Part shown: positions 18,311 to 30,502 of the stretch, in pieces | Layout: the number at the start of each line of letters is the position of its first letter | How positions within the stretch are numbered: position 1 is the stretch's first letter | DNA from: Thermoleophilia bacterium | GTDB lineage: Bacteria; Actinomycetota; Thermoleophilia; UBA2241 | Direction: 5' to 3' | Assembly (NCBI GenBank): GCA_040769125.1 | Contig: JAXGLO010000001.1 | Coordinates: forward strand, 1,259,053 to 1,323,052 | Length of the DNA: 64,000 bases | The notes under the pieces: model-generated | Seen by the model: the letters and a program-made list of their open reading frames with translations, nothing else | Database searches by the model: none | What the model was told of the DNA's origin: nothing | Program-made: the position numbers and the translations under genes

Positions 18311-18509
18311 TTCGCCATGTGATCCGTGGGCTCGCCCGATTCAACGCTGTGCCGCACCGTCTCGCACGAGCGAGCGCCAGCCGGGCCCCCCATTATCCTT
18401 CGCCGGTCTGCCGCGGTTTCACCGTTCCGTGCGCGCGTCTCCTGATGGGCATATCAGCGGCGCTCCACGACGGCTGTTCCCCGGCTGCAGTCGGAGGCCG
18501 TCACCGTGA

Positions 18510-21268
<2,759 letters not shown>

Positions 21269-21279
21269 GGTGTGATGCG

Positions 21280-22251
21280 ATGCCGGATGCCCTCGGACAT
21301 CCCGTCGACCCGCGGATTCGGGAGTTTCTCGACCATCTGAGCTTCGAACGTGGCGCCAGCCCTAATACGGTGGCCGCGTACGGCCGGGATCTCCGGCGCC
21401 TGGCGTTGTTCCTGGAGGCGCGCGGGACCGCGCCCGGCGCCGCGCGCGAGGAGGATTTGCGGGATTTCTTCGACGGCGAGGGCGGTGATGGGGCTGCCTC
21501 GAGCGTCGCACGCCGCACGGCCAGCCTGCGCGCGTTCTACGGCTACCTCGTTCGCGAGGGCTCACGCGACGATGATCCCACAGCGCGTCTGCGATCCCCG
21601 AGACGGCCACCGGCGATCCCCCGCGTGCTCTCCGTCGAGGAGGTTGAGAGAATCCTTGCTGAGGTCGCGGCGCCCGGAGCCCTCGGCCAGCGAAACCTTG
21701 CCTGTGTCGAGCTGCTCTACGGCTGTGGTCTGCGCATCAGCGAGCTTCTCGGCCTGCGCGAGGGCGACGTCGACCTCGAGGGCGGCACCGTTCGCTGTGT
21801 CGGCAAAGGCGACAAGGAGCGCGTCGTGCCCATGGGCACGGCTGCAGCGAGCGCCCTCGCGCGCTACCTCAGGAACGGCAGGCGCGAGCTGCTCCGCGGC
21901 CGGAGGCGGCCGGAGCTGTTCCTCAACGCGCGCGGCGGCCGACTCACTCGACAGGGATTCCATTACATCCTCAGGGCCACGCTCGCTCGCGCGGACATGC
22001 TGGGAAGCGCCAGCGCCCACACCTTCCGCCACTCCTTCGCCACGCACCTGCTCGCCGGCGGCGCCGACCTGCGCAGTGTGCAGGAGCTGCTGGGGCACGC
22101 GAACGTCGCTACCACTCAGCTGTACACGCACGTGACCGTCGAGCACCTGCGCGAGATCTACCTGGAGACGCACCCGCGAGCCCGGCGCCGACGGGGTGGG
22201 CAGACCGCGCCGGCCACAGGCTCAGGCGCCTCGCCTGAGGTGCCGGCATGA
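21280..22251 (+). CDS. xerD: Tyrosine recombinase XerD
   Basis: N-terminal SAM-like domain. C-terminal 'HTFRHSFATHLL...LLGHANVATTQLYTHV' with catalytic R-H-R-Y residues. Confidence 0.85.
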   Translation: MPDALGHPVDPRIREFLDHLSFERGASPNTVAAYGRDLRRLALFLEARGTAPGAAREEDLRDFFDGEGGDGAASSVARRTASLRAFYGYLVREGSRDDDPTARLRSPRRPPAIPRVLSVEEVERILAEVAAPGALGQRNLACVELLYGCGLRISELLGLREGDVDLEGGTVRCVGKGDKERVVPMGTAAASALARYLRNGRRELLRGRRRPELFLNARGGRLTRQGFHYILRATLARADMLGSASAHTFRHSFATHLLAGGADLRSVQELLGHANVATTQLYTHVTVEHLREIYLETHPRARRRRGGQTAPATGSGASPEVPA

Positions 22252-23381
22252 GCCGGGTCTTCATCTGCGTGCTCGACGGCGTCGGCGCCGGAGAGCTGCC
22301 CGACGCCGCCGCGTACGGCGACGCGGGCTCAAACACGCTCCTGCACGTCCTCGAGCGCGTGCCGGTCGCGCTGCCTCACCTGGTGGGCCTTGGGCTGGGC
22401 GAGGTAGTCGGCCTTCCGCTCGGCGCGCCGTGGCCTTCGGCGACGTACGGCCGCCTTCGCGAGAACGGCGCCGGCAAAGACACCACCACCGGACATTGGG
22501 AGATGATGGGCGTCGTCCTCGAGCGGCCATTCCCGACGTATCCCTATGGCTTCCCGCCCGAGGTCATGGAGCCGTTTCAGCAGGCGATCGGCCGGGAGGT
22601 GCTGTGCAACCGGCCGGCGTCGGGAACAGGCATTATCAACGAGCTGGGGGACGAACACGTGGCCTCCGGCAAGCCGATCGTCTATACCTCCGTCGATTCC
22701 GTGTTCCAGATCGCCTGTCATGAGGACGTCGTGCCGGTAGAGCTGCTGTATCGCTGGTGTCAGACGGCACGGAAAATCCTACAGGGCCCTCACGCCGTCG
22801 GCCGCGTCATCGCGCGGCCGTTCGCGGGCCGCCCAGGGCAGTACGCCCGTACACCGCGCCGCCGGGACTTCTCGCTGCCGCCGGTCGGCACGACCTATCT
22901 CGACCTGCTCCACGAGCGGGGGATACCGGTCGTGGGCGTCGGCAAGATCGGGGAGATCTTCACGCAGCGCGGTGTCGATGTCGACGATCACACGACCGAC
23001 AACGAGGCCGGCATCACGGCCTGCACGCGCTATCTGCGCGAGATGGACCGCGGTCTGCTCTTCGCCAACCTGGTCGATTTCGACCAGACGTGGGGCCATC
23101 GCAACGACGTCGATGGCTTCGCCGCCGGGCTGACCGCCGTCGATGCGGGCGTCGCCGTGTGGCTCACGCTGCTGCGCCCCGGCGACGCCATGATCCTCTG
23201 TGCCGATCACGGGGTCGACCCGACGACGGCCGGCACCGACCATACGCGGGAGTATTCGCCGCTCCTCGCCCTCGGGCTCAGACCGGGGCGCTACGACGGC
23301 GAGCTGGAGGACGTTGGAGCCACCGCGTTCCACCTGCTCACCGGCGAGCAACCGCCGCTGCCCGGCGCAGTGATGCTGTGA
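22248..23381 (+). CDS. deoB: Phosphopentomutase
   Basis: 'FICVLDGVGAGELPDA' N-terminus and 'ADHGVDPT' motifs. ATGA overlap with xerD. Confidence 0.9.
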   Translation: MSRVFICVLDGVGAGELPDAAAYGDAGSNTLLHVLERVPVALPHLVGLGLGEVVGLPLGAPWPSATYGRLRENGAGKDTTTGHWEMMGVVLERPFPTYPYGFPPEVMEPFQQAIGREVLCNRPASGTGIINELGDEHVASGKPIVYTSVDSVFQIACHEDVVPVELLYRWCQTARKILQGPHAVGRVIARPFAGRPGQYARTPRRRDFSLPPVGTTYLDLLHERGIPVVGVGKIGEIFTQRGVDVDDHTTDNEAGITACTRYLREMDRGLLFANLVDFDQTWGHRNDVDGFAAGLTAVDAGVAVWLTLLRPGDAMILCADHGVDPTTAGTDHTREYSPLLALGLRPGRYDGELEDVGATAFHLLTGEQPPLPGAVML

Positions 23382-24196
23382 CCGGCGCCGCTGCCTCCAG
23401 CGACGGCAGAGAGCGCCTTGCCGCCTTCGCTCCGCACGTCGGCGTGATCTTCGGCTCGGGCCTCGCGGCATTACCTGCCGGCGCCGAGCCGATCGACGAG
23501 TTGCCGTATGCCGCGCTCGGCTGGCCCTGTACGGCGGTGCCGGGCCACCACAACCGCCTGCGCCTCGTCCGGCTGTCGTCCGGCGGGCGTGAGGTGCGCC
23601 TCGCTCTTGCCTATGGCCGACCGCACGCGTACGAAGGCTGGAGCGAGGAGGAGCTGGCCCGCCCGGTCGCCGGCCTGGCGAGCAGCGGTGTGGAGCGCAT
23701 CGTTCTCACGAATTCCTGCGGGGCGCTCAAACTCGGCCTTCCCGCCGGCGCGGTCGTCGTCTGCACGGAGGTCGTCGACCTTCAGCGTCAGCCGCGCCAC
23801 GCTGAACCGGACGTCCTGCCCATCTGTGAAGCGGCGGCCGCGGAGGCCGTGCGAGCCGCCGTCTCCCGTACAACCGAGGCGAGAAGCGGTGCCTACGTCG
23901 CGGTCCTCGGGCCGCAGTTCGAGACTCCGGCGGAGGTGGACTGGCTGGCCGCCTACGGCGACGTCGTCGGCATGTCGGCGGCGCCGGAGGTCCGCGCAGC
24001 GCGCGGTCGCGGCGTCGCCTGCTGTCTGCTCGGACTGGTCGCCAACAGGGCCGGCGCCGTGGGCTCTCATGCAGAGGTGCTCACCGCCGGAGGCGATCTG
24101 GCACGTACTCTGGGCGCAGTGCTCGGCGCCGCCATCGACGCGCGCTGGCCAGAGCTCGCCGCCGCCAGTGATGGAGGTACGACATGGACTTCGTGA
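23378..24196 (+). CDS. punA: Purine nucleoside phosphorylase (PNP/MTAP family)
   Basis: GTG 23378 overlaps the deoB stop. 'VIFGSGLA', 'VGMSAAPEV' motifs. The upstream extension of ORF 22757 overlaps deoB and I rejected it. Confidence 0.8.
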   Translation: MTGAAASSDGRERLAAFAPHVGVIFGSGLAALPAGAEPIDELPYAALGWPCTAVPGHHNRLRLVRLSSGGREVRLALAYGRPHAYEGWSEEELARPVAGLASSGVERIVLTNSCGALKLGLPAGAVVVCTEVVDLQRQPRHAEPDVLPICEAAAAEAVRAAVSRTTEARSGAYVAVLGPQFETPAEVDWLAAYGDVVGMSAAPEVRAARGRGVACCLLGLVANRAGAVGSHAEVLTAGGDLARTLGAVLGAAIDARWPELAAASDGGTTWTS

Positions 24197-25473
24197 ACGA
24201 CGTAATCGCCCGCAAGCGAGACGGCCACGAGCTCGACAGCGATCACATCTCGGCCTTCATCAGCGGTGTGGTGTCCGGGAAGGTGCCCGCCTATCAGGCC
24301 AGCGCGCTGCTCATGGCGATGACTCTGCGGGGCCTCAGCGACCACGAGACGGTCGCGCTCACTGCAGCGCTGGTACAGAGCGGCAAGTCGCACGATCTCA
24401 GCCTGCTGCGTCGCCCTGTTCTCGACAAGCACTCCAGCGGCGGCGTGGGCGACAAGGTGACGCTCGTCCTCGCGCCGCTCGTGGCTGCCTGCGGTGCGGT
24501 CTTCGGCAAGATGTCGGGGCGCGGGCTCGGGCACACCGGGGGCACCCTCGACAAGCTCGAATCGATCCCGGGATTCCGCGTGGACCTCGCCCAGGGCGAG
24601 TTCGTGCGCCAGCTCGAGCGTATCGGGGTCGCCGTGGTGAGCCAGAGCGAACGGGTCGTTCCCGCCGATCGTACGCTCTACGCCCTTCGTGACGTCACAG
24701 CGACCGTTGACTGCGAGGGGCTCATCGCCGCGAGCATCATGGCCAAGAAGATCGCCAGCGGCACGTCGGCGCTCGTGCTCGATCTCAAGGTCGGCAGCGG
24801 CGCCTTCATGACCGACCTGGATCGGGCCAAAGGGCTCGGGCGCCTCTGCCGCCTGGTCGGCGCGGAATTCGGCAGACCCACGCAGTGCTTCTACACGGCG
24901 ATGGACGCACCTCTCGGCCAGACGGTGGGCAACAGGCTGGAGGTCGAGGAGGCCTGGCAGGTTCTCACGGGCTCCGGGCCCGCCGACGTACGCGAGGTCA
25001 CGCTCGAGCTGGCGGGGGCGTTGCTGGCGCTCGCCGACCTCGGCATAGACGAGGACGAGGGGCGCGAGCGCGCGGCGGCGGCGCTCGCCGACGGCCGCGC
25101 GGCGGAGCAGTTCGAGCGCTGGTGTTACGTCCAGGGCGGGCAGTGGCATCCCGGGCAGTACCATCATCTCGCAGTGCATCGGGTGCTGGCGACGCGCAGC
25201 GGCTTCGTGAACGTCATCGACGCACGCACGGTGGGCAGGGCCGCGCAACTGGCCGGCGTCGGCCGTCAGCGAGTCGGCGACTCGATCGATCCCGCCGCGG
25301 GCGTGCGGCTTCACTGCGCCCTCGGGGACAGCGTCGCCGAAGGCGATACGCTGGCCGAGGTGTTCGCCCGCGACTCCCGGCGCCGTGCTGCGGCCAGCGC
25401 GGTGCTCGAGCAGGCGTTCGGCGTCGCCGACGAGCCGCCGGCGGCCATGCCTGTCGTCCTCGGGCGAGACTGA
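24184..25473 (+). CDS. deoA: Thymidine/pyrimidine-nucleoside phosphorylase
   Basis: 'DKHSSGGVGDKVTL', 'SGRGLGHTGGTLDKLESIPG' glycosyltransferase-family-3 motifs. Overlaps the punA 3' end. Confidence 0.9.
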   Translation: MDFVNDVIARKRDGHELDSDHISAFISGVVSGKVPAYQASALLMAMTLRGLSDHETVALTAALVQSGKSHDLSLLRRPVLDKHSSGGVGDKVTLVLAPLVAACGAVFGKMSGRGLGHTGGTLDKLESIPGFRVDLAQGEFVRQLERIGVAVVSQSERVVPADRTLYALRDVTATVDCEGLIAASIMAKKIASGTSALVLDLKVGSGAFMTDLDRAKGLGRLCRLVGAEFGRPTQCFYTAMDAPLGQTVGNRLEVEEAWQVLTGSGPADVREVTLELAGALLALADLGIDEDEGRERAAAALADGRAAEQFERWCYVQGGQWHPGQYHHLAVHRVLATRSGFVNVIDARTVGRAAQLAGVGRQRVGDSIDPAAGVRLHCALGDSVAEGDTLAEVFARDSRRRAAASAVLEQAFGVADEPPAAMPVVLGRD

Positions 25474-25540
25474 GCGGTCGGTCGGCGATGGCGGTGCCCT
25501 CAAGGCAAGCAAGAGTTGCGCACGAGATCGCCGGGCCGGC

Positions 25541-26227
25541 ATGAGGGTGATCGGAGGCGAATGGCGTGGCCGGCCATTGACCGCGCCGACCGGACGCTCG
25601 ACGCGCCCTACCTCCAACAAGGTGCGGGAGGCGATGTTCGGCATCCTTCTCGCCCTTCCCGAGGTCACGGCAGTGGTCGCCGCCGACGCAGCCGACAAAG
25701 CGCCGTCGGCCAGCCCCCTGGCGGGACACCACGCGCTCGACGTCTTCGCCGGCAGCGGCGCCCTCGGCATCGAAGCGCTATCGCGCGGCGCGTCCACGTG
25801 CACGTTCGTCGAGAGGGACGTGGCGGCGCTGCGAGCGTTGCATGCGAATCTCGCTCGCCTCAGCGTTTTCGCGGGCGCCAGGGCGAGCGAAGCCTCAGCC
25901 GCGCCGCGCGCCCGCGTCCGCAGGGGGGATGCGCAGCGTGTGCTTCAGGCTGACGCTCGCCGCGGCGCACGATATACTCTCGTCTTTGCGGACCCGCCGT
26001 ACGATCTCTACGCGGAAGTCAGCTGTGCGCTGGCGCGCCTTCTGGAGCCGATCCTGGCGCCGGGAGCCGTGCTCGTCGTGGAGACGCCGGCCGGCACTCC
26101 TGCGGAGCTTCCGTGGAGGGTGCTGCGCGAGCGGCGGTACGGAGACACGCTGGTCACGGTGCTCGTGGCGGACGTCGTCTCTCTAGGGGAAGGAGCGACT
26201 GCTGACGATCCAGGCTGCGGCGGCTGA
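25541..26227 (+). CDS. rsmD: 16S rRNA (guanine966-N2)-methyltransferase RsmD
   Basis: 'RVIGGEWRGRPL', 'LDVFAGSGALGIEALSRGA', 'VFADPPY' motifs. ATG 25541. rsmD-coaD are adjacent as in most bacteria. Confidence 0.85.
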   Translation: MRVIGGEWRGRPLTAPTGRSTRPTSNKVREAMFGILLALPEVTAVVAADAADKAPSASPLAGHHALDVFAGSGALGIEALSRGASTCTFVERDVAALRALHANLARLSVFAGARASEASAAPRARVRRGDAQRVLQADARRGARYTLVFADPPYDLYAEVSCALARLLEPILAPGAVLVVETPAGTPAELPWRVLRERRYGDTLVTVLVADVVSLGEGATADDPGCGG

Positions 26228-26245
26228 CTCGACGAGGGTACGCTG

Positions 26246-26743
26246 ATGTCACGCGGCATCACTGCCATCTGCCCCGGGACCTTCGACCCCGTGACGGTCG
26301 GCCATCTCGACATCATCCGGCGAGGGGCCGCCAAGTTTGGCCGCGTGGTCGTCGGTATCATCGATACACCCCAGCGTAAGACGACGCTGTTCTCTCTGGA
26401 CGAGCGCCAGGCCTTCGTACGGGAGGCCCTTGCCGACGTCGACAACGTGGTCGTAGATAGCTTCCACGAGCTCGTTGTCAGCTTCGCGCGCCGCTGGGAC
26501 GCAACCATCATCCTCAAAGGACTGCGGGCTATCTCGGACTTCGAGTATGAGTTCGCCATGGCACAGCTCAATAGGAACCTGGCGCCGGAGATCGAAACTG
26601 TGTTCATGATGGCGTCGCCAGAACACAGCTTCCTGAGCTCCAGCGGCGTCAAGGAGATCGCGACATTCGGTGGTTCGGTGGACGATCTCGTGCCGCCGAC
26701 CGTTGCCCGTCGGCTGGCGGAGATGTATCCGCCGCAGACGTAG
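26246..26743 (+). CDS. coaD: Phosphopantetheine adenylyltransferase
   Basis: 'AICPGTFDPVTVGHLDII' (T/HxGH nucleotidyltransferase motif) and 'ISDFEYE'. Confidence 0.95.
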   Translation: MSRGITAICPGTFDPVTVGHLDIIRRGAAKFGRVVVGIIDTPQRKTTLFSLDERQAFVREALADVDNVVVDSFHELVVSFARRWDATIILKGLRAISDFEYEFAMAQLNRNLAPEIETVFMMASPEHSFLSSSGVKEIATFGGSVDDLVPPTVARRLAEMYPPQT

Positions 26744-26818
26744 TCGCCGGAGGCAAGCTCTGGTGCGGGGCGACGCAGTCACACCGCACAGCAGGCCACC
26801 CAAGGAGGGTCGCTGAGT

Positions 26819-27283
26819 ATGGACGTGCTCGTACTGATTGACAAGCTGGACGACGTCATCCACAACGCCCGTTCGGTCCCGCTCACCGACAGCGTGATGA
26901 TCGATCGCGAGGAGATCTACGACATTCTCGATCAGATGCGCTCGACGATTCCTGAGGAGATCAAGCAGGCTCGCTGGATCGTCAAAGAGCGGCAGGATAT
27001 GCTCGCCGAGGCCAAGCAGGAGGCCGAGCGCCTGCTGCACGACGCGCAGCAGCGCGCCGAGCAGCTCGCTGCGGAGACCGAGATCGTGCGCCTCGCCGAG
27101 CATAACGCGCAGCAGATCATGGAAGACGCTCGCGATCGCGAGCGTGAGGTGAGGCTCGGCGCAGAGGATTACGCCGACGACGTGCTCGGCAACCTCGAGC
27201 TGAACCTCGAAAAGTTCCTGGCGGCCGTGCGCCGCGGCCGCGAGCGGCTCCAGGGCCACCCGAACGAGGATCTGCAGCCCTGA
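26819..27283 (+). CDS. Coiled-coil protein, possibly DivIVA-domain-like (occupies the position of mycobacterial sepIVA between coaD and yceD)
   Basis: 154 aa. 'VPLTDSVMIDREEIYDILDQM' resembles the DivIVA N-terminal LTxxDV...EVDxFLDxV segment. The remainder is an ATP-synthase-b-like heptad coiled coil (AEAKQEAERLLHDAQQRAEQL). Confidence 0.5.
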   Translation: MDVLVLIDKLDDVIHNARSVPLTDSVMIDREEIYDILDQMRSTIPEEIKQARWIVKERQDMLAEAKQEAERLLHDAQQRAEQLAAETEIVRLAEHNAQQIMEDARDREREVRLGAEDYADDVLGNLELNLEKFLAAVRRGRERLQGHPNEDLQP

Positions 27284-27317
27284 ATCCGTGAACACGTCTT
27301 CTTCTGGAGCTTGAGCA

Positions 27318-27776
27318 ATGCGCAGCTTCGACCTGCGGACCTTGCGCTTCGACGACGCCGGGGAGGCCTGGCGCGTGCTGCCGGTCGAGGTCGCACCATT
27401 CATCTACGGCGGCCTCGTGTACGAGGCGCCCGGCGGCGAGGTGGAAACGGCGCTCACGGTGGCGCGTGTCGGCGACAGCCTCACGCTGACCGCTGAGTTG
27501 ACGACCTCTGTCGGTGGCCCTTGCCAGCGCTGCCTCGATGATGCCCATGTGCCGGTGACGGCTCGTGGGGTCGAGTACGTCCGCCACGGCGAGTCCGAGA
27601 CCGACGACGAGGCCTACGCGGTCGGCCATGTGCTCGATGTCGAGCGCTGGATCCGCGACCTGATCGCCGAGGCTCTGCCGCCCAAGCTGCTCTGCCGCGA
27701 CGATTGTCGCGGAGTCTGCCCGGCCTGCGGAGCCAACCTGAACGATGCGCCCGAGCACAGCCACGAGGAGGCGTAG
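27318..27776 (+). CDS. yceD: YceD/DUF177 family protein (large-subunit rRNA/ribosomal protein accumulation factor)
   Basis: C-terminal 'CRDDCRGVCPACGANLN' Cys cluster. Position immediately upstream of rpmF is universal for DUF177. Confidence 0.8.
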   Translation: MRSFDLRTLRFDDAGEAWRVLPVEVAPFIYGGLVYEAPGGEVETALTVARVGDSLTLTAELTTSVGGPCQRCLDDAHVPVTARGVEYVRHGESETDDEAYAVGHVLDVERWIRDLIAEALPPKLLCRDDCRGVCPACGANLNDAPEHSHEEA

Positions 27777-27827
27777 CCCCGGCACATGTGGTACAGTGCG
27801 CTGTCCGTATATCCGAGGAGCTCTGTC

Positions 27828-28010
27828 ATGGCCGTACCGAAGAAAAAGACCTCCCAGTCCCGCCGCGATCAGCGCCGCTCCCAGCACAAGCTCAGCGTGC
27901 AGACGGCGAGCTTCTGCCCGCAGTGCAAGAGCCCGAAGCTGCCACACCGCGCCTGCCTGAAGTGCGGCACCTACAAGGGTCGCGAGGTCATCGTTCTCGA
28001 ATCCGAGTAA
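27828..28010 (+). CDS. rpmF: 50S ribosomal protein L32
   Basis: '[17 protein letters not shown]' plus a CxxC...CxxC zinc ribbon. The ORF track starts it upstream at 27786. Confidence 0.9.
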   Translation: MAVPKKKTSQSRRDQRRSQHKLSVQTASFCPQCKSPKLPHRACLKCGTYKGREVIVLESE

Positions 28011-28028
28011 GGAGAGGAGGGGCGAGGC

Positions 28029-29096
28029 ATGCTGAAGTCCCTCTACATCGCCTCGACTCAGGGCAGCGGTGGCAAGACGACCATTGCGGTCGGGCTTTGC
28101 CTTGCCTTGCGCAAGCGAGGGCTCAAGGTCGGCTATTTCAAGCCGGTCGGGGTGTATGCGGCGCAGGGCGCCGACGGTACGCTCCTCGATGAGGACGCTA
28201 CGTTCGTCCACGATCTCCTGGAGCTCGCCGATGCACCCACCGACGTTTGCCCGGTGGTACTCGACGAAGACACATTGCGTGACGTTCTCGCAGGCTCCGA
28301 GGTTCACGCGATGGACAGGGTGACCAGCGCCTACGAGCGTATCCGTAAAGGCAAGGATCTGGTCGTGTGCGACGGCCTCGGAGAGATCTGGCAGGGCCGC
28401 TTTCTGCACACGAGCGGCGCCGATGTCGTGGCTCAGCTCGACCTGTCCGCACTCCTCGTCGCCAGATTCGCGGGCGCGCGGCTGCTCGACGACATCATCA
28501 ACGTCAAGGACGCCCTCAAGGAGCATATGCTCGGCGTCCTCTTCAGCATGGTGCCCGCTTCGCGCAGGGGGTTCGTGGAGGAGCACTACGTGCCGTTCCT
28601 CAAGACCAACAAGGTCGTCAGTTACGGAAGCCTGCCCTCCGACAGCCGGTTATCGGCGGTCTCCGTCGGGGAGATCGTCGAGGCGCTGCACGGCACCTAC
28701 GTGTGCGGGGAGCAGTACGCCGAGCGTGTCGCGCAGACGTACATGATTGGAGCCATGAGCCCCGAGCACGCCCTCCACTACTTCCAGATGAATCCGCATA
28801 AGGTGGTGGTCGTCGGCGGCGATCGCGCGGAGATCATCCTCACCGCGCTCGACACCCCGACGGTGGCGATCGTGCTCACCGGCAACTATGTTCCCAGCTC
28901 GGCCGTGCTGGCGGGCGCCGATAAGCGTGGCGTTCCGCTGATCTCGGTGGAAACAGACACCGTCACCGCCGCCGACCGCCTCCGTCGACTCTTCGGCCGG
29001 TTGAGAGTCAGGCAGCGCGCCAAGATCGATGTCATCGCGAATCTCATCGATCGGTCTGTGGATCTCGATCGCCTCGTGGCCGATCTGCAGGCATGA
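28029..29096 (+). CDS. Stand-alone phosphotransacetylase N-terminal-like regulatory protein (BioD/CobQ-like P-loop domain + DRTGG domain), no PTA_PTB catalytic domain
   Basis: 355 aa. N-terminal 'LYIASTQGSGGKTTIAVGL...GYFKPVG' parallels the E. coli Pta N-terminus. C-terminal 'VVVVGGDRAEIILTAL...IVLTGN' is the DRTGG signature. The stop overlaps the plsX ATG (ATGA at 29093-29096). Confidence 0.75.
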   Translation: MLKSLYIASTQGSGGKTTIAVGLCLALRKRGLKVGYFKPVGVYAAQGADGTLLDEDATFVHDLLELADAPTDVCPVVLDEDTLRDVLAGSEVHAMDRVTSAYERIRKGKDLVVCDGLGEIWQGRFLHTSGADVVAQLDLSALLVARFAGARLLDDIINVKDALKEHMLGVLFSMVPASRRGFVEEHYVPFLKTNKVVSYGSLPSDSRLSAVSVGEIVEALHGTYVCGEQYAERVAQTYMIGAMSPEHALHYFQMNPHKVVVVGGDRAEIILTALDTPTVAIVLTGNYVPSSAVLAGADKRGVPLISVETDTVTAADRLRRLFGRLRVRQRAKIDVIANLIDRSVDLDRLVADLQA

Positions 29097-30166
29097 CCGC
29101 TTCGGGCTCGCGCCCTTACATCTCCCCACACGACGTGACCGAGGCCTGGAGCGCCGCCGCCCAGGCGCGCCGCGTGCGCATCGTCGTCGATGCCGCCGGA
29201 GGCGATAACGCACCCGGCGAGGTCGTGAAGGGCGCTCTTGAGGTCGCAGGCCCAGACACCCGCATCGTGCTCGTCGGCGATCAGGCAGTGCTGAGCCCGC
29301 TCGTACCCCAAGCCGCCGAGTTCGTCTCGATCGTTCACGCCGGCGACGTTATCGGCTACGACGAAGAGCCGGCGAAAGCTGCGCGCAACAAGACGGACTC
29401 GAGCATCGTCGTCGGCCTCAAGCTCGTGCATGGCGGCGAAGCCGACGCCTTCGTCTCAGCCGGTAACACCGGCGCGGTAGTGGCGGCGAGCCTCCTGTAC
29501 GTGCGCCGCATCCCCGGGGTTCAGCGCCCCGCCATCTGCACGATCATGCCCTGCATGCCGCGGCCCATCGCGTTTCTCGACGTGGGCGCCAACGCCGAGT
29601 TCCGCCCGGAGCACCTGCGCCAGTTCGCGATCATGGGGCAGGTGTTCGCGCGCGTCGTCATGGGGATCACGGAGCCTGTCGTTGGCCTTCTGTCGATCGG
29701 GGAGGAACCCTCCAAGGGGACGCCGGAGGTCATTGAAGCGCATCGTCTCATCGCGGAGGACCAGCGCATCCGTTTCCACGGCAACATCGAGGGGCGCGAC
29801 CTCATGAACCGCCTCGTCGATGTCGTCGTCACCGATGGCTTCACCGGAAACGTCGCCCTCAAGACCATAGAAGGCACGGCGCGCGCCGTCATGAACGCCC
29901 TGCGCGCGACGATCGACACGTCGCTTCTCACGAAGGTGGGGGGGCTGCTGCTGCGCCGCGATCTCATGGTCATCAAGGACGCCCTGGATCCCAACGAATT
30001 CGGGGGCGCCGTGCTGGTTGGCGCGCGCGCACCCGTCGTCATCGCGCACGGCAACTCAACGGCGCGGGGTATCGCCCAGGCCGTCCGCATGGGCCACCGC
30101 GCCGTCGCCGGCGGCCTGCTGGCTACCATTGCCGCCGAGCTTGGGGCCGGCGATGACACAGTGTAA
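29093..30166 (+). CDS. plsX: Phosphate acyltransferase PlsX
   Basis: 'RIVVDAAGGDNAPGEVVKGA', 'VSAGNTGAVVAAS', 'LDVGANAE'. Followed by acpP. Confidence 0.9.
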   Translation: MTASGSRPYISPHDVTEAWSAAAQARRVRIVVDAAGGDNAPGEVVKGALEVAGPDTRIVLVGDQAVLSPLVPQAAEFVSIVHAGDVIGYDEEPAKAARNKTDSSIVVGLKLVHGGEADAFVSAGNTGAVVAASLLYVRRIPGVQRPAICTIMPCMPRPIAFLDVGANAEFRPEHLRQFAIMGQVFARVVMGITEPVVGLLSIGEEPSKGTPEVIEAHRLIAEDQRIRFHGNIEGRDLMNRLVDVVVTDGFTGNVALKTIEGTARAVMNALRATIDTSLLTKVGGLLLRRDLMVIKDALDPNEFGGAVLVGARAPVVIAHGNSTARGIAQAVRMGHRAVAGGLLATIAAELGAGDDTV

Positions 30167-30196
30167 ACTCTGCGAAATCCGTCCGGAGGTTCGTCC

Positions 30197-30442
30197 ATGA
30201 CCCGCGAAGAGGTGTTCGAGTACGTCAAAGGTATTCTCGTCGAGACGCTCAGCGTCGACGAGGACAAGGTCACCGTCGAGGCGCGGTTTCAGGAGGACCT
30301 CGAGACCGACTCTCTCGACCTGGTCGAGCTCGTCATGACCATGGAGGAGAGGTTCGACATCAAGATCAGCGACGAAGAAGCGGCCGAGATCAAGAGCGTC
30401 GGCGACGCCGTAGACTTCGTCATGAAGAGGCTCGACGTCTGA
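30197..30442 (+). CDS. acpP: Acyl carrier protein
   Basis: 81 aa, 'LETDSLDLVELVM' phosphopantetheine-attachment serine motif. Confidence 0.9.
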   Translation: MTREEVFEYVKGILVETLSVDEDKVTVEARFQEDLETDSLDLVELVMTMEERFDIKISDEEAAEIKSVGDAVDFVMKRLDV

Positions 30443-30502
30443 GCACGTCCAGCCGGCGCTGAGCTGCGAGGGGGTGTCTCCTGCACGAGGAGGCGTCCCC
30501 TC

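Noticed and set aside
28029-29096. Calling this gene phosphotransacetylase (pta)
   Set aside because: It has only 355 aa and ends right after the DRTGG domain. The ~330-aa PTA_PTB catalytic domain is missing. The next gene is PlsX, not a Pta C-terminus.
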